From a virus: a stretch of 64,000 bases of DNA. The notes below the pieces were generated by a model, which saw only the letters and a program-made list of their open reading frames with translations, ran no database searches and was not told where the DNA came from. Positions 1 through 9,227 of this stretch are shown in pieces. The stretch lies in the IMG/VR virus record IMGVR_UViG_3300006104_000013, positions 1 through 64,000 of that record, one strand, 5' to 3'. Position 1 is the stretch's first letter; each line of letters begins with the position of its first letter. The position numbers and the translations under genes are program-made.

Positions 1-137
1 GATCCACAAGGGTGGGGCTGTCAGTCATGATTATTCCTTTCTGTCTTGTTTCTTAGCCAGCATCCATCCGCAAGCGAACAGTGCTGCGGCGGCAATGACA
101 ACCCCGATCATTAGGGTTGCCGCGATAGTGATCGGCG

Positions 138-428
138 TCATTTCGTTTCGTCCTTCGTCAGTAGCGTTTCGATATCCAAAATTGCGCGTTCCAGCCTGTC
201 ATTTCGGACGGCGCTGTCTCGGTCGTCATCATGGTTCGGAATGTTGTCATCCCATTGCACATGTCTTTTCGCGGCGGCCAGCGCATCTTTGATTCCCTCT
301 TCACGGGCCGCCTTTATCGCGTCGATCAGCGGCTCGACCATCTTGGGGTCGTGCAGGCACAATTTGACGGAAAGAGGGGCGGTATTCCGAATCCACCCAT
401 AAACGGTCTGTCTGGCATCGAGTGACAT
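138..428 (-). CDS. hypothetical early protein
   Basis: ORF MSLDARQTVY... in tightly packed minus-strand operon. Confidence 0.6.
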   Translation of the reverse strand: MSLDARQTVYGWIRNTAPLSVKLCLHDPKMVEPLIDAIKAAREEGIKDALAAAKRHVQWDDNIPNHDDDRDSAVRNDRLERAILDIETLLTKDETK

Positions 429-599
429 GTTCAAAAATCCTCATTTTCTATCTACATTTTTCAGATGTATTTATGTTCTCGCTGGTTTCGGTCATCCAAA
501 ACCGGATTATCTTCAACTGCTCGTCCAGCGGCACTCTGCGAATGGACCGTCGGCACATCGCCAGAGTCCAGCGTCGCCACAGGATGTGCAGGGCTAAAA

Positions 600-1013
600 T
601 CATGACCCAAGCATTTGCTGGTTATGGATCACGTCTTCCAGCTTCGTCAGCACCCAATCGTTCAGATTCATACCGTCAACGGTAGCGGCTTGGTCGCACA
701 GAAACTTGAGCGCTGGGGGGAGTCGGATTCCGACCAGACTCCGACCATCTGAGCGGCGGATTGCCTTCTCGTTGTCCCATAGCAGGCTGGCCAGATCGCC
801 CTTGCCGCATTCAGTCAAAAACGCCTTTGCCGTCGAATCGTCGATCAGGGCCATGCCTTGCGCGGACTGCCCCCAAGATTTCCCTTCTCCGGCGAGAAAG
901 AAAAGTCCACCCTGGGTCTGGTAGAGTCCGGTGCAGCCGTCGGCATGATCCTGGGTACAGAGCAAAAACGAGCAGGACGTGTTGAGGGCGTGGCCGTTGA
1001 TGACTCGCTTCAT
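600..1013 (-). CDS. hypothetical protein with C-terminal ribbon-helix-helix (HicB/Arc-like) DNA-binding region
   Basis: C-terminal VGIRLPPALK...A..DGMNLNDWV pattern; ATGA overlap with upstream gene. Confidence 0.65.
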   Translation of the reverse strand: MKRVINGHALNTSCSFLLCTQDHADGCTGLYQTQGGLFFLAGEGKSWGQSAQGMALIDDSTAKAFLTECGKGDLASLLWDNEKAIRRSDGRSLVGIRLPPALKFLCDQAATVDGMNLNDWVLTKLEDVIHNQQMLGS

Positions 1014-1249
1014 TTCTCGGCTCCATCCCGCGTCAAAAGTTCAACAGCGGCGGCCCACAGCGCGTCACGGGCGGCGGCTCCTGTGCCGTGATATGCCGGT
1101 ATATCGCCTAGTACTATCAAAGTGTCACAAATGATCCACCTCGGATCGTGCCCTTCTCTGATGGCACTGAACAGACGCCCTAACCGGATAGGCCCCAGCC
1201 AAAGATCATTGCCGCGCCATTCGAGGCGGACGGTGAAGGTATCGGTCAT
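1010..1249 (-). CDS. hypothetical early protein
   Basis: 79-aa ORF with start/stop overlaps on both sides. Confidence 0.65.
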   Translation of the reverse strand: MTDTFTVRLEWRGNDLWLGPIRLGRLFSAIREGHDPRWIICDTLIVLGDIPAYHGTGAAARDALWAAAVELLTRDGAEK

Positions 1250-1397
1250 TTAATCCTCCCGGCATCAAAAAAGAACAAAACAAACCACAACAGAGCCAAC
1301 GACAGCGACACGGGAAGGAGGGATACACGCACCCATTGGGGCTGTTCATCATGCCAATCCCAGTAGAAGCGGCTGTCGTACCAAGGAAACTTGTCCA

Positions 1398-2741
1398 TCA
1401 AGCACCTTCCTTCGGCGTCCAGTTGTCTTCGGTTTCGCCCGTCGAATGTTTGCATCTAAAACAGGGTGAGCTAAGACTGTTGTCTAGTTCGCTGTAGCAA
1501 GCAGCACACAGCCCATATCCAGCCAGCTTGGTCTTATCTACAGGCGCTGCTTTGCTGGCCCAAAGGGCATCGGTAGCGGCAAACGGGTCTTTGACCTTGG
1601 CAATCTGTGCCTCGGATAGGCCCTGACCTTCAAGGGTCTTGGGCTTACGGGCGGCTATGAGGGCTTCAGTAGCTTCCCATAGTTTGCGGGTATCGTCGTA
1701 AAGGAAACTGGATGGGCGCATGTGTTTTGCCCATACATCACGCACGACTGCCACGGCAGCCTCGATCACGACGCATTCTAGTTCTGTTGGGCCGAAGCCG
1801 TACTTGGCGTCGTCCAACCGCTGCTTAAGCTCGTCGCGTTCTTGGGTCATCAAATCCAAAGCGGCTTGCGTCGGGGTTAGCTCAAGTTCGATCAGATTTG
1901 ATATGCGGAGTTTAAGCTCGTCGCGTTCTTTTTCACATAAGGTTAACTTCTCACTCTTTTCAGAGTGATGTGCAGCCCACGAATCGGCAATAGGCTGTGC
2001 ATTGACCAACTGCCGTTCCAACTCCGCAATCCTCGCGTCCCGGTCATCCGGCGGGGCTGCGGCAAGGGCTGCTTCCAGCATTTCATCTGAGTTGCGCAGT
2101 TCAGTGCCGTCATCTGTGTAATTTCGACAAAACGATGCAGTATCTTCCAGTGCTTTCACCATCCCCGGCGTTGCCTTGGCGGGGTAGCTGGTGATTTGAT
2201 TTATGAGGCGTTCCTTGGCAAGCTCCTTCCGTAGCCAGTTTTCACTGTGCCGGACTGAAGACGCTAAATTTTCCGCCTGATACATCCGTTCCAACAGCGT
2301 ATCCTTGCACTCGACCAGCGCGATCAGCAGGGCTTGCTGGGAGGCGATGGTGGTTTGGGCTTCGAGAAACCCTTCGTTCAAAAAGTTGACCTGACGACGG
2401 TAAATTTCAGCATCGTGCTTCAGCTTGGCGACAAGCATGTTGTTTGTCGGACCATCGTATTTTTCCAACTCGCCTTGCAGCCTTGCTATTCGCGCCAGCA
2501 AAATGTCGATCGTATTTCGGTAGTTTTCCGCTTCTGGAATAATGCGCTGGATACGCACCCACACCGTTTTTTTGTCAGGCCCGATCCTGGTATCGGTGAC
2601 GGCGTGATCCTGCCGATCGCCTCTGCGCAGTTCCCACAGGGGCGACCCGTCGTCAGAGACAGGTTCAAAGCCGTCGAGCTTTAGCAGGCGTTCGGCGCGG
2701 CGGCGGCGCAACATTTGACGAGTGGTTTCGGTGACTTTCAT
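1398..2741 (-). CDS. coiled-coil protein with C-terminal Cys pairs (CAAC...CFRC)
   Basis: Likely start MKVTETT at 2741 after GGGAG; heptad-rich middle; the track's 5' extension is probably non-coding or belongs to another ORF. Confidence 0.7.
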   Translation of the reverse strand: MKVTETTRQMLRRRRAERLLKLDGFEPVSDDGSPLWELRRGDRQDHAVTDTRIGPDKKTVWVRIQRIIPEAENYRNTIDILLARIARLQGELEKYDGPTNNMLVAKLKHDAEIYRRQVNFLNEGFLEAQTTIASQQALLIALVECKDTLLERMYQAENLASSVRHSENWLRKELAKERLINQITSYPAKATPGMVKALEDTASFCRNYTDDGTELRNSDEMLEAALAAAPPDDRDARIAELERQLVNAQPIADSWAAHHSEKSEKLTLCEKERDELKLRISNLIELELTPTQAALDLMTQERDELKQRLDDAKYGFGPTELECVVIEAAVAVVRDVWAKHMRPSSFLYDDTRKLWEATEALIAARKPKTLEGQGLSEAQIAKVKDPFAATDALWASKAAPVDKTKLAGYGLCAACYSELDNSLSSPCFRCKHSTGETEDNWTPKEGA

Positions 2742-2833
2742 TTTAAGCGACTCCCTATGACGACCAGAATCCCAGCGAGAAGTGGGACGGCAACATAAAT
2801 GATGAACAAATCGAGCCAATCTCTGAAAACCAT
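2738..2833 (-). CDS. 31-aa membrane peptide MVFRDWLDLFIIYVAVPLLAGILVVIGSRLK (not in ORF track)
   Basis: GGAG upstream, hydrophobic stretch, ATGA overlap with the gene starting at 2741. Confidence 0.55.
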   Translation of the reverse strand: MVFRDWLDLFIIYVAVPLLAGILVVIGSRLK

Positions 2834-2983
2834 CTTGATCGCTCTCCAAGGATGCGGGGCTTCCACCCACTGCGTCACCAATCTTGATCTGGTGGTGACT
2901 CTGCCGCTTCCCCTTAGTCAAACTAACGAGGGATAACCGGGTCGCGACTCCCACCGCTGGGCGGACCATGCGGACGTGGGTTT

Positions 2984-4105
2984 TTAGATGTGGCAGTCAA
3001 CGATGGTCAGATACGAGTCGGCCGGAAGATCCGCCAACAGCGCATCAAACTTGGCCTGCCATGTGGCGCTATCTTCTTCGTCAGAAACCGATCCCCACCA
3101 GCCCATTTCGCCGCGCTGATACCATTGTCCATCATGGACGACGGCAAAGGACGAGAGCGGAACGGCCTGGGCAATATAATCGGCCCGGCGGAAGTCCTTG
3201 GGGGTCAGCGATAAGCCAAAATACGAGACGGCATCGCCGCACAATGCGGTGTATTTCTGAAATTCTGCGTTGTTTTGCAGGGCCTCACGTCTGGCCGTAT
3301 AATCCTTCCCATGGGCTTCGTTGGCGGCATCCAAGATTTCAAAGTACCGCGACATCGCGTCTTCAAATGCCCCCGTGAAGCGTTCAACCTTCGCCCGGCC
3401 GATGAATTTTTCGTGTTCGTCGTCCCACCACTTTCCCCGCTGACTTTGAGCTTTGGCCAGCATCGCCGGGTAATCCACATCACCCATGCGAATTTCGTTG
3501 AGGTTCGGCGTTCCGTCTTTGTGGATGAAGCGGTTGCTACAGCGTCCGCCAACAACCCACCAATCCCATTTTTTATTTGGATTGGTGCGGTCAACCGCCA
3601 GCTTGAGAGAGCCATCGGCATTCAGGATGTAGTAACCATATTTGGTGTCGCCGGTTGCGTGGTTGTTCCAGCCATATTGTCTTTCGATCCATTCCCCGAT
3701 GGTTTCAGTTTGTGAGGCGGGAACCTCAACTTCCTCGTATTGTGCCGGAGTAAAGTGAATTTTTGCACGATGGCCTTTGCCGTCGTCCCAATCTTTGCTT
3801 TTCCACGAGATTCCGTGTCCGCAGCCAGATCCTGCAAAGGGGCCTATCGTTTCGATTTCTTCAGCAGTCGGCTCACGATAAAACCGGTCGGACCACGGGT
3901 CATGCAGAGTCCCCATGGAGTCCCGTAAGCATCGGGTCGTCGAAGTGGCATATCCGTCGAGGGCTTCGGCGGTCATGTCGGTGTCAACGATGTATTTGTC
4001 GTCGATCCCTGTGCATTCAAATTCGTGCCAAGGCTGTAATGTTGCCCGCAGCATGGTTTCGGTGGGCTCGGTCTCGGTGATGACCAGCACGGCAAAATGG
4101 CTCAT
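2984..4105 (-). CDS. conserved phage hypothetical protein
   Basis: MSHFAVLVI...NPNKKWDWWVVGGR...GEMGWWG...IVDCHI pattern typical of a widespread phage family; strong SD GGAG. Confidence 0.85.
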   Translation of the reverse strand: MSHFAVLVITETEPTETMLRATLQPWHEFECTGIDDKYIVDTDMTAEALDGYATSTTRCLRDSMGTLHDPWSDRFYREPTAEEIETIGPFAGSGCGHGISWKSKDWDDGKGHRAKIHFTPAQYEEVEVPASQTETIGEWIERQYGWNNHATGDTKYGYYILNADGSLKLAVDRTNPNKKWDWWVVGGRCSNRFIHKDGTPNLNEIRMGDVDYPAMLAKAQSQRGKWWDDEHEKFIGRAKVERFTGAFEDAMSRYFEILDAANEAHGKDYTARREALQNNAEFQKYTALCGDAVSYFGLSLTPKDFRRADYIAQAVPLSSFAVVHDGQWYQRGEMGWWGSVSDEEDSATWQAKFDALLADLPADSYLTIVDCHI

Positions 4106-4117
4106 AATCTTGTTCTC

Positions 4118-4480
4118 CTAGTTCTGCCGCGATAACGGCGGTTGTTTCCCAAAAATCTTAATCTTTACAAAGGTCAGGGCAGCATCGCAGGGAGTCTTGT
4201 ATCCCATCACGACTCCCCCAAATGGCATAATGGAGTCGATCCCCTCCAGCAGACTCCCAACATAGCGCTGGGGATGAAACCGTCCGGGCTCCATGGCACA
4301 AACGTGCACCAGCTCGGAGTCCTTCGGGGTGCGTGCGAGATTGGCGCTTTTCAGCACGATGGTTCGCAGATTCCCATGGGCAGACCGAGCGATGGATTGT
4401 CGCCATGTCCCGCAGACGATAGGAATGCGGCGTTCACCGGCATAAATTATCGGTTCCCGCGCTTCAACGAAGTCCATCAT
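4118..4480 (-). CDS. hypothetical protein
   Basis: Likely start MMDFVEAR overlapping the stop of the upstream gene. Confidence 0.6.
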   Translation of the reverse strand: MMDFVEAREPIIYAGERRIPIVCGTWRQSIARSAHGNLRTIVLKSANLARTPKDSELVHVCAMEPGRFHPQRYVGSLLEGIDSIMPFGGVVMGYKTPCDAALTFVKIKIFGKQPPLSRQN

Positions 4481-4698
4481 TTCCAGATTGTCCCAGAGCA
4501 ATAGAGGGTTCCAAGCCCGAAGACTCCGCAGACTCCGGCCATTCCAAAGGCCAGGGCCAGCCCAATCGGGCCAAGCGGCAGCATCACCGTTGTAACCATG
4601 GTATAGGCGAGGCAGATCATGGTAAATCCGAGGATTGCCAGCAACACTGAGACAGTGAGTTTGCCGACGATCAGGCAGAGCGCGTTCTTGTCGATCAT
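4477..4698 (-). CDS. small membrane protein
   Basis: Two hydrophobic segments; ATGA overlap with the beta-clamp-like gene. Confidence 0.6.
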   Translation of the reverse strand: MIDKNALCLIVGKLTVSVLLAILGFTMICLAYTMVTTVMLPLGPIGLALAFGMAGVCGVFGLGTLYCSGTIWK

Positions 4699-5423
4699 TT
4701 TGCAAGACTCCGTATCCACTGGGGAATGGCCGAGGTGCGATCCTGTACCCATTGTGCAGGGAAGCCCCGCATGGGCATGATAATTCCGGTAAGTTCTGGA
4801 GCGACGTCAGACACAACGATGGCCGGTTCGTTGTTGCCGGTCCCGATTAGGGTCAGGCTGTTCAAGTCCCCTCTATTGCGCAGGATGTCTACCGCTTCGC
4901 CAAATGTCGCCAAGAACTTGGGGTTGAAACAGAGCAGCGTCGAATTGCGGACAGCGTGCGTGGGGATGACTCTCGCATAGTCGGGAAAACGACCGTCAAT
5001 TTCCGGCGCATGGGCGGCATACAGAATCGACGGGTCCAACACAATCCCCGTATCGGGCGGGAATTTGTCGGAACAATCCAGCGTGGAATAGTTCCCAGCC
5101 GTCATAATGGCGTTGTCCCCGCTAAAGGTCACATAACGCGGCTCAGGCTCTTTCTTGGCGTCCTGCTTCTTGCGCGTGGCCGCAATCAGGTCTTTGGGGA
5201 TGGAATTTAGGTGGGCACCATTGCACATGCCCTGCGAGTCGAGAATGATTCCCATGATGTGGCCGTTGGTAGCGATCATGGCGACTCCGCCCTCCGGCAC
5301 AGGATGGGTGTAGATCCCGTGCAAATAATAGCGTGAGTTTTCGGTCCCGGCGAATTTTGCCAAGGCCCGCACATAGCGGGCTTGCACCATGACATGGCGC
5401 TTTGGTTTGGTGTCAGTTGTCAT
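4695..5423 (-). CDS. DNA polymerase III beta-clamp-like protein (partial-domain phage homologue)
   Basis: SRYYLHGI, ATNGH, IDGRFPDYARVIP, FNPKFL and IIMPMR motifs match the DnaN central/C-terminal domains. Confidence 0.85.
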   Translation of the reverse strand: MTTDTKPKRHVMVQARYVRALAKFAGTENSRYYLHGIYTHPVPEGGVAMIATNGHIMGIILDSQGMCNGAHLNSIPKDLIAATRKKQDAKKEPEPRYVTFSGDNAIMTAGNYSTLDCSDKFPPDTGIVLDPSILYAAHAPEIDGRFPDYARVIPTHAVRNSTLLCFNPKFLATFGEAVDILRNRGDLNSLTLIGTGNNEPAIVVSDVAPELTGIIMPMRGFPAQWVQDRTSAIPQWIRSLAK

Positions 5424-5862
5424 TGTCCATCCCCTGTACGGCATCGGGTTCGACGGGAATGCGCGTTTGCTCCCCCGAATCCAGGTTGGTGATAATGGTA
5501 TCGAAGGCCCCAATTTTTGACATGGTGTGGATGTCTTCCAGCGTCAGCCAAATGGTCGTTTCCTTGACCATCCCCAGCGTCAGGAAGGATGGCAGCGCCG
5601 CATCTTCGCCAGTGTCGTCGTCGAGGCCAGTCAGCACCATTGTCCCGGCGATTGGGGTCTGGATTAGGCGTGAGAAGAAAAACGACTGCTTGGCCTTTAA
5701 AAGCCCTTCCTCGTCGATGTATCCGTAACATCCGGGCCCCATGCAGACCGCTTGAACGAGCTGGCAGCCGATGGTCTTATAATAAAAGTCGAGGCACAGC
5801 GTTGGTGCGTCAACTTCTTCGATGGTCTGCGCCACCGGATTGATGATGATTGCCCTAGTCAT
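5413..5862 (-). CDS. DUF3846-like protein
   Basis: IGCQLVQ...YIDEEGLLK...PIAGTMVLTG..D..GE pattern. Confidence 0.7.
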   Translation of the reverse strand: MTRAIIINPVAQTIEEVDAPTLCLDFYYKTIGCQLVQAVCMGPGCYGYIDEEGLLKAKQSFFFSRLIQTPIAGTMVLTGLDDDTGEDAALPSFLTLGMVKETTIWLTLEDIHTMSKIGAFDTIITNLDSGEQTRIPVEPDAVQGMDNDN

Positions 5863-6268
5863 TGCAAGAGACCCCCAGATTAAAGGGCTCGAAGCGGTTG
5901 CCGTCCATGTGGAAGAACAGCATTTCGCCGTCCTCGTGCAAACATCCGATTTTTATGGTCAGAGGTTCGCGGTAGTAGGCAGACGAGGGTGACTCTTCTG
6001 TATCGACGATCGGAGTCGGGAAAACCGAAGCGACGATAACCGGCTCACCATATTTCGGGCAGGTCTTGTTGCGCAGTCCCGGTTTCCACACCACCAAGTC
6101 ACCTTCCTTGAAGGTGTGCGTTTGGGTGTAGGCGCTCATGCGCTCCAGAAGGGTGATGGCGTGGGCTTGGGCACGGGTTTCGGTCATGCTCTCGTCGTTG
6201 GGGGCCTCGGAAGTAATGGACTTGGTAAGCTCCATCATCATGTCACTAAAGTTTGCGTGTTCACTCAT
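5855..6268 (-). CDS. hypothetical phage protein
   Basis: 137-aa ORF, SD GGAG. Confidence 0.75.
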   Translation of the reverse strand: MSEHANFSDMMMELTKSITSEAPNDESMTETRAQAHAITLLERMSAYTQTHTFKEGDLVVWKPGLRNKTCPKYGEPVIVASVFPTPIVDTEESPSSAYYREPLTIKIGCLHEDGEMLFFHMDGNRFEPFNLGVSCND

Positions 6269-6403
6269 AATCTGACTCCAAAAAAGAGGTTCTGACTCCG
6301 ATGGCCCGCCACCGATTTTACGATGTGCGGGCCGGGGAGCTGGGTTGTCTGACTGACCCGTTGTGCTCTGCTATCTGTTACATGATGGACTCCAAAGATT
6401 TCT

Positions 6404-6453
6404 GTGGTTAACCAGTGAAGCCCAAAGGTAACGCAGGCGCAATGGCGCGTCAA
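6404..6453 (-). promoter_or_regulatory. early sigma70-type promoter P3
   Basis: Minus strand TTGACG-17-TACCTT; shares GCGCCTGCGTTA and ACTGGTTAACCAC with P1. Confidence 0.7.
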
Positions 6454-6704
6454 TGTTCTTTGTTGGGCATCGATTCCATGGCGAAGGTCATGTGCATGAT
6501 CTTCAAGGCCAAGGCGATGGCCATGTCCAGACTGGCGGAGCGCAGCATGATGCGAAAGCCGTTGGAGATGGCAGCAACGGCTATGGCTTTTTCGCTCACG
6601 CCGGACAGTTCCAGATTGTTAAAGAGCGAACCGATTGCTTGCCCGGCATCATGGGAGTCTTCGATGGCTTTGGCTAAATCGGCGCTGTTCAAGGGTGTGC
6701 TCAT
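6450..6704 (-). CDS. hypothetical protein
   Basis: 84-aa ORF, SD GAGG, overlap with upstream stop. Confidence 0.65.
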   Translation of the reverse strand: MSTPLNSADLAKAIEDSHDAGQAIGSLFNNLELSGVSEKAIAVAAISNGFRIMLRSASLDMAIALALKIMHMTFAMESMPNKEH

Positions 6705-6946
6705 TGTTTCCTCGCATAGATTGGGGTCGCCCGAACCGGAACGACGATTTCAGGGTAAAAGCTGATGGCGTTATGGCGAGTCTGGTGCATTGACACCAGA
6801 CTCCAGGTTTGGCCCTCGCCCATGCCGTTGGCGTCTGGCCGGATGATGGCAAAGTCATAGGGTCGCGTGGTCTTTTTGCGCTCCAGCACTTTGCCGTTTG
6901 GCGCGGTGCATGCGCAGCGCCACCCGCTGATTTTGCCGCCGGTCAT
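6701..6946 (-). CDS. hypothetical protein
   Basis: Likely start MTGGKISG overlapping the upstream stop. Confidence 0.55.
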   Translation of the reverse strand: MTGGKISGWRCACTAPNGKVLERKKTTRPYDFAIIRPDANGMGEGQTWSLVSMHQTRHNAISFYPEIVVPVRATPIYARKQ

Positions 6947-7170
6947 TGGATTCGGCTCCAGCGATGGACCGATTTTTGGTGAGGTCCATCTTGACGGCGG
7001 ACGACGGCACCAGATTCCAGGAGCTTGCGCAGATGGTAGCTGACTTGTGAGGCACCAGCCCAATTGTTGAGCTTATCACGCAGGCTCTTGGCGATATCCT
7101 CGGCGCTGTATTCTTGGCCTCTGGCCATAGCATCGAGTACCGCTGCCGTCAGATTGGGGTGACGTTTCAT
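6943..7170 (-). CDS. winged-helix DNA-binding protein
   Basis: AVLDAM..G.EYSAEDIAK...VSYHLRKLLESGAV wHTH pattern; SD GGAGG. Confidence 0.7.
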   Translation of the reverse strand: MKRHPNLTAAVLDAMARGQEYSAEDIAKSLRDKLNNWAGASQVSYHLRKLLESGAVVRRQDGPHQKSVHRWSRIQ

Positions 7171-7171
7171 G

Positions 7172-7582
7172 TCACGCCTCCGTCGCTTTTTGCGCTTGGT
7201 TTGCCGCTTCGACAAAATCCCAAGTGAAGGCGTCTTTCATCGAAGCCAGCTCTTCAAACGTGATTTTGAAACCGATGGCGTCTTGGTAATTGTAGCCGCC
7301 TTCGTCGAAGCGAACTGTCTGATCCTTCGGATTGATATAGATGATGGGGTATTCGGGATCGCAAATGTAAGGCGCAATGCCGAATCCGGTTTCCTCCCCT
7401 TGATGGCCACACGTCAGTACGTCGAAGATAATCCGCGCCAGATAGGACTCGTCGGTCCAGCGTTCGCGTTTCGATATGGCAGCTTGGACCACTTCCGGGA
7501 GTCCAGATCCTGACCAATGGGAGTAAAAGAAAATCTCGCTCCCATCATCGTACTGAATCCCAATGTTTGCACGATCACCCAT
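7172..7582 (-). CDS. conserved phage hypothetical protein (MGDRANI...YSHWSG family)
   Basis: Recognisable N-terminus; SD AGGAG. Confidence 0.8.
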   Translation of the reverse strand: MGDRANIGIQYDDGSEIFFYSHWSGSGLPEVVQAAISKRERWTDESYLARIIFDVLTCGHQGEETGFGIAPYICDPEYPIIYINPKDQTVRFDEGGYNYQDAIGFKITFEELASMKDAFTWDFVEAANQAQKATEA

Positions 7583-7682
7583 AATCCTGACTCCTGTTAT
7601 GGGGCGGACAACCCGCCCCTTTCATGCCCGCAAGCCCGGCTCTGGATTGGCTACCAGTTGCCGGGCGACGGGGATTGATTGT

Positions 7683-7925
7683 TTACTCGCAGGCCATCAT
7701 GGCTACGGAGTCTTTGAACACCCTTATGGCCTCGGATAGCTTGCTGCAATCCGACCAGAACATGTGCCCACCGGCCACCTTGTCATGGGCGCGAACTTGA
7801 TAGAACCGCGTTCCGCCTTCTTGCCATAGAGTTAAGGCAACGCTTTTGCTTTCAAAGATTTCACAGTAGCCGCAAGCCAGTGCGTAGGGAGTCAGATCCC
7901 CGGTCTTTGTATGGAACTTTGTCAT
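7683..7925 (-). CDS. hypothetical protein
   Basis: TKTGDLTPYALACGY motif seen in phage early proteins; SD GAGG. Confidence 0.7.
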   Translation of the reverse strand: MTKFHTKTGDLTPYALACGYCEIFESKSVALTLWQEGGTRFYQVRAHDKVAGGHMFWSDCSKLSEAIRVFKDSVAMMACE

Positions 7926-8110
7926 TTTGGCACCTCGTCAAAGACAGGGGCGCAGAACAGCGGCGTATCCAAGCGCATCTGAGCACACACCCACTTTGCA
8001 ACGTGCGACTCCTCGACCACGGGAGTCGGTTCAATTGCGTGGTGAACGGGGCGCGGTAGTAGCGCCAAAGCGGCGACGGTTCCGGCCAGCGTGTAGAAGA
8101 GTCGGCGCAT
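7922..8110 (-). CDS. small exported or membrane protein
   Basis: MRRLFYTLAGTVAALALLP signal-like N-terminus. Confidence 0.55.
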   Translation of the reverse strand: MRRLFYTLAGTVAALALLPRPVHHAIEPTPVVEESHVAKWVCAQMRLDTPLFCAPVFDEVPK

Positions 8111-8112
8111 AG

Positions 8113-8370
8113 TTATTTCCCTATCGCTGTAGCAATGGCGGCGCAACCTTGCTTTGAAGCGGAGTCAAGCTCGGCCTTGACTTCAATTAGGCGGCAGGCA
8201 TCGCCCATTGTGGTGTCACGACGGAAAGCCGCGCTGACCAGCCGTTCTAGCGCGGCCAGCATTTCTGGCGCTGCGGTTATGACGCACTCCGGCACATTTT
8301 CATGGATGGTTTCGCCATCTTTTTTGATGTCGTAAGTTCCATCATCGCAGCGGTGCAGATATCGGGCCAT
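8113..8370 (-). CDS. hypothetical protein (AAPExLAAL family)
   Basis: AAPEMLAALERL motif; TAATG coupling. Confidence 0.7.
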   Translation of the reverse strand: MARYLHRCDDGTYDIKKDGETIHENVPECVITAAPEMLAALERLVSAAFRRDTTMGDACRLIEVKAELDSASKQGCAAIATAIGK

Positions 8371-8585
8371 TATCGTGACTCCAGCGTTGCGCGGTCGGCC
8401 AACGCGTCACTGATCTGGCCGTCGCGGCATAGCCCATCCACGAAGACAACGAAAGCGACGCGGGTGTCGGTGTTGTACATCTTGCCCTTGCCGGAATAAT
8501 CCCGGATTCGGCGCGGCGTGATAGTGGGGAGTCCGCGGTGGGACTCCCAGAAGGCTTTGCGGATCTCGCGGTGGGTGGTCAACAT
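8370..8585 (-). CDS. hypothetical protein
   Basis: IRKAFW...TDTRVAFV.FVD.L.RDGQIS..LA.RATL pattern. Confidence 0.75.
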   Translation of the reverse strand: MLTTHREIRKAFWESHRGLPTITPRRIRDYSGKGKMYNTDTRVAFVVFVDGLCRDGQISDALADRATLESR

Positions 8586-8587
8586 GA

Positions 8588-8881
8588 CTATTCCCTCCAG
8601 CCAGCGGGCTTTACGTCGGTATTGAAAAACAGGCGCTTGGTCTTGGCATCAAAGCCAGCCCATTTGCGACCATTGTCCAGCGGACGAACATAGGCGCTGC
8701 ATCCTTCCCCGTGGAAGTCAGCCAGAGCGGCAATCTTGACCAAGAGGTCATTCGGATTGACGGCATCAATGACGGGAGATGGATAGCTTTTCCCGCACAG
8801 TTCAAACCGGGTGGTGATGCCCACAGACCCAGGCTCGCTATAAGCCGGGTAGAGCGTGACTTTAAAAGAGCGTGTTGCCAT
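8588..8881 (-). CDS. hypothetical protein
   Basis: First gene after promoter P2; SD GAGG. Confidence 0.75.
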   Translation of the reverse strand: MATRSFKVTLYPAYSEPGSVGITTRFELCGKSYPSPVIDAVNPNDLLVKIAALADFHGEGCSAYVRPLDNGRKWAGFDAKTKRLFFNTDVKPAGWRE

Positions 8882-8899
8882 AATCTTAATCCTCGTTAG

Positions 8900-8944
8900 G
8901 GGTTATCCAGTAAGAACGCTAGCACGGATAATACAGGCGTACAA
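8900..8944 (-). promoter_or_regulatory. early sigma70-type promoter P2
   Basis: Minus strand TTGTAC-17-TAGCGT with extended -10 TG; close sequence match to P1. Confidence 0.7.
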
Positions 8945-8947
8945 GCC

Positions 8948-9139
8948 CTATTTTTTAGAAATTGGCCGGGCTTTTATGTAGCCTGATCCCTTGGTTTCCC
9001 ACCCGGCGCTATCGGCATCGGCGAAGGCTTGCGCATAGCATTTCATGATGGTGCTCTGTTCAACATTGAATTCGCGCAACGACCATGCGGCGTTGGTGGC
9101 TTTCTTGGGTCGGACGTCAATCGCAATGGTTAGTTTCAT
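8948..9139 (-). CDS. hypothetical protein
   Basis: 63-aa ORF, SD GGAG. Confidence 0.6.
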   Translation of the reverse strand: MKLTIAIDVRPKKATNAAWSLREFNVEQSTIMKCYAQAFADADSAGWETKGSGYIKARPISKK

Positions 9140-9227
9140 GTTTTAGAGTCTCCGAAATCGCCAGGTTTTTGCCGGGCGGGCTGATTAGGTTCTTGTTAAA
9201 AAATGCTTTGGTTTCTGGTCCCCCGTT

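Noticed and set aside
140-162. Minus-strand CTGACGA-AGGAC-GAAAC resembling a hammerhead core
   Set aside because: No stem II and no flanking stems I/III; lies in coding sequence (LTKDETK)
9185-9199. TTAG-N7-TTAA CtrA-like box
   Set aside because: Single copy with a mismatch and the host is unknown
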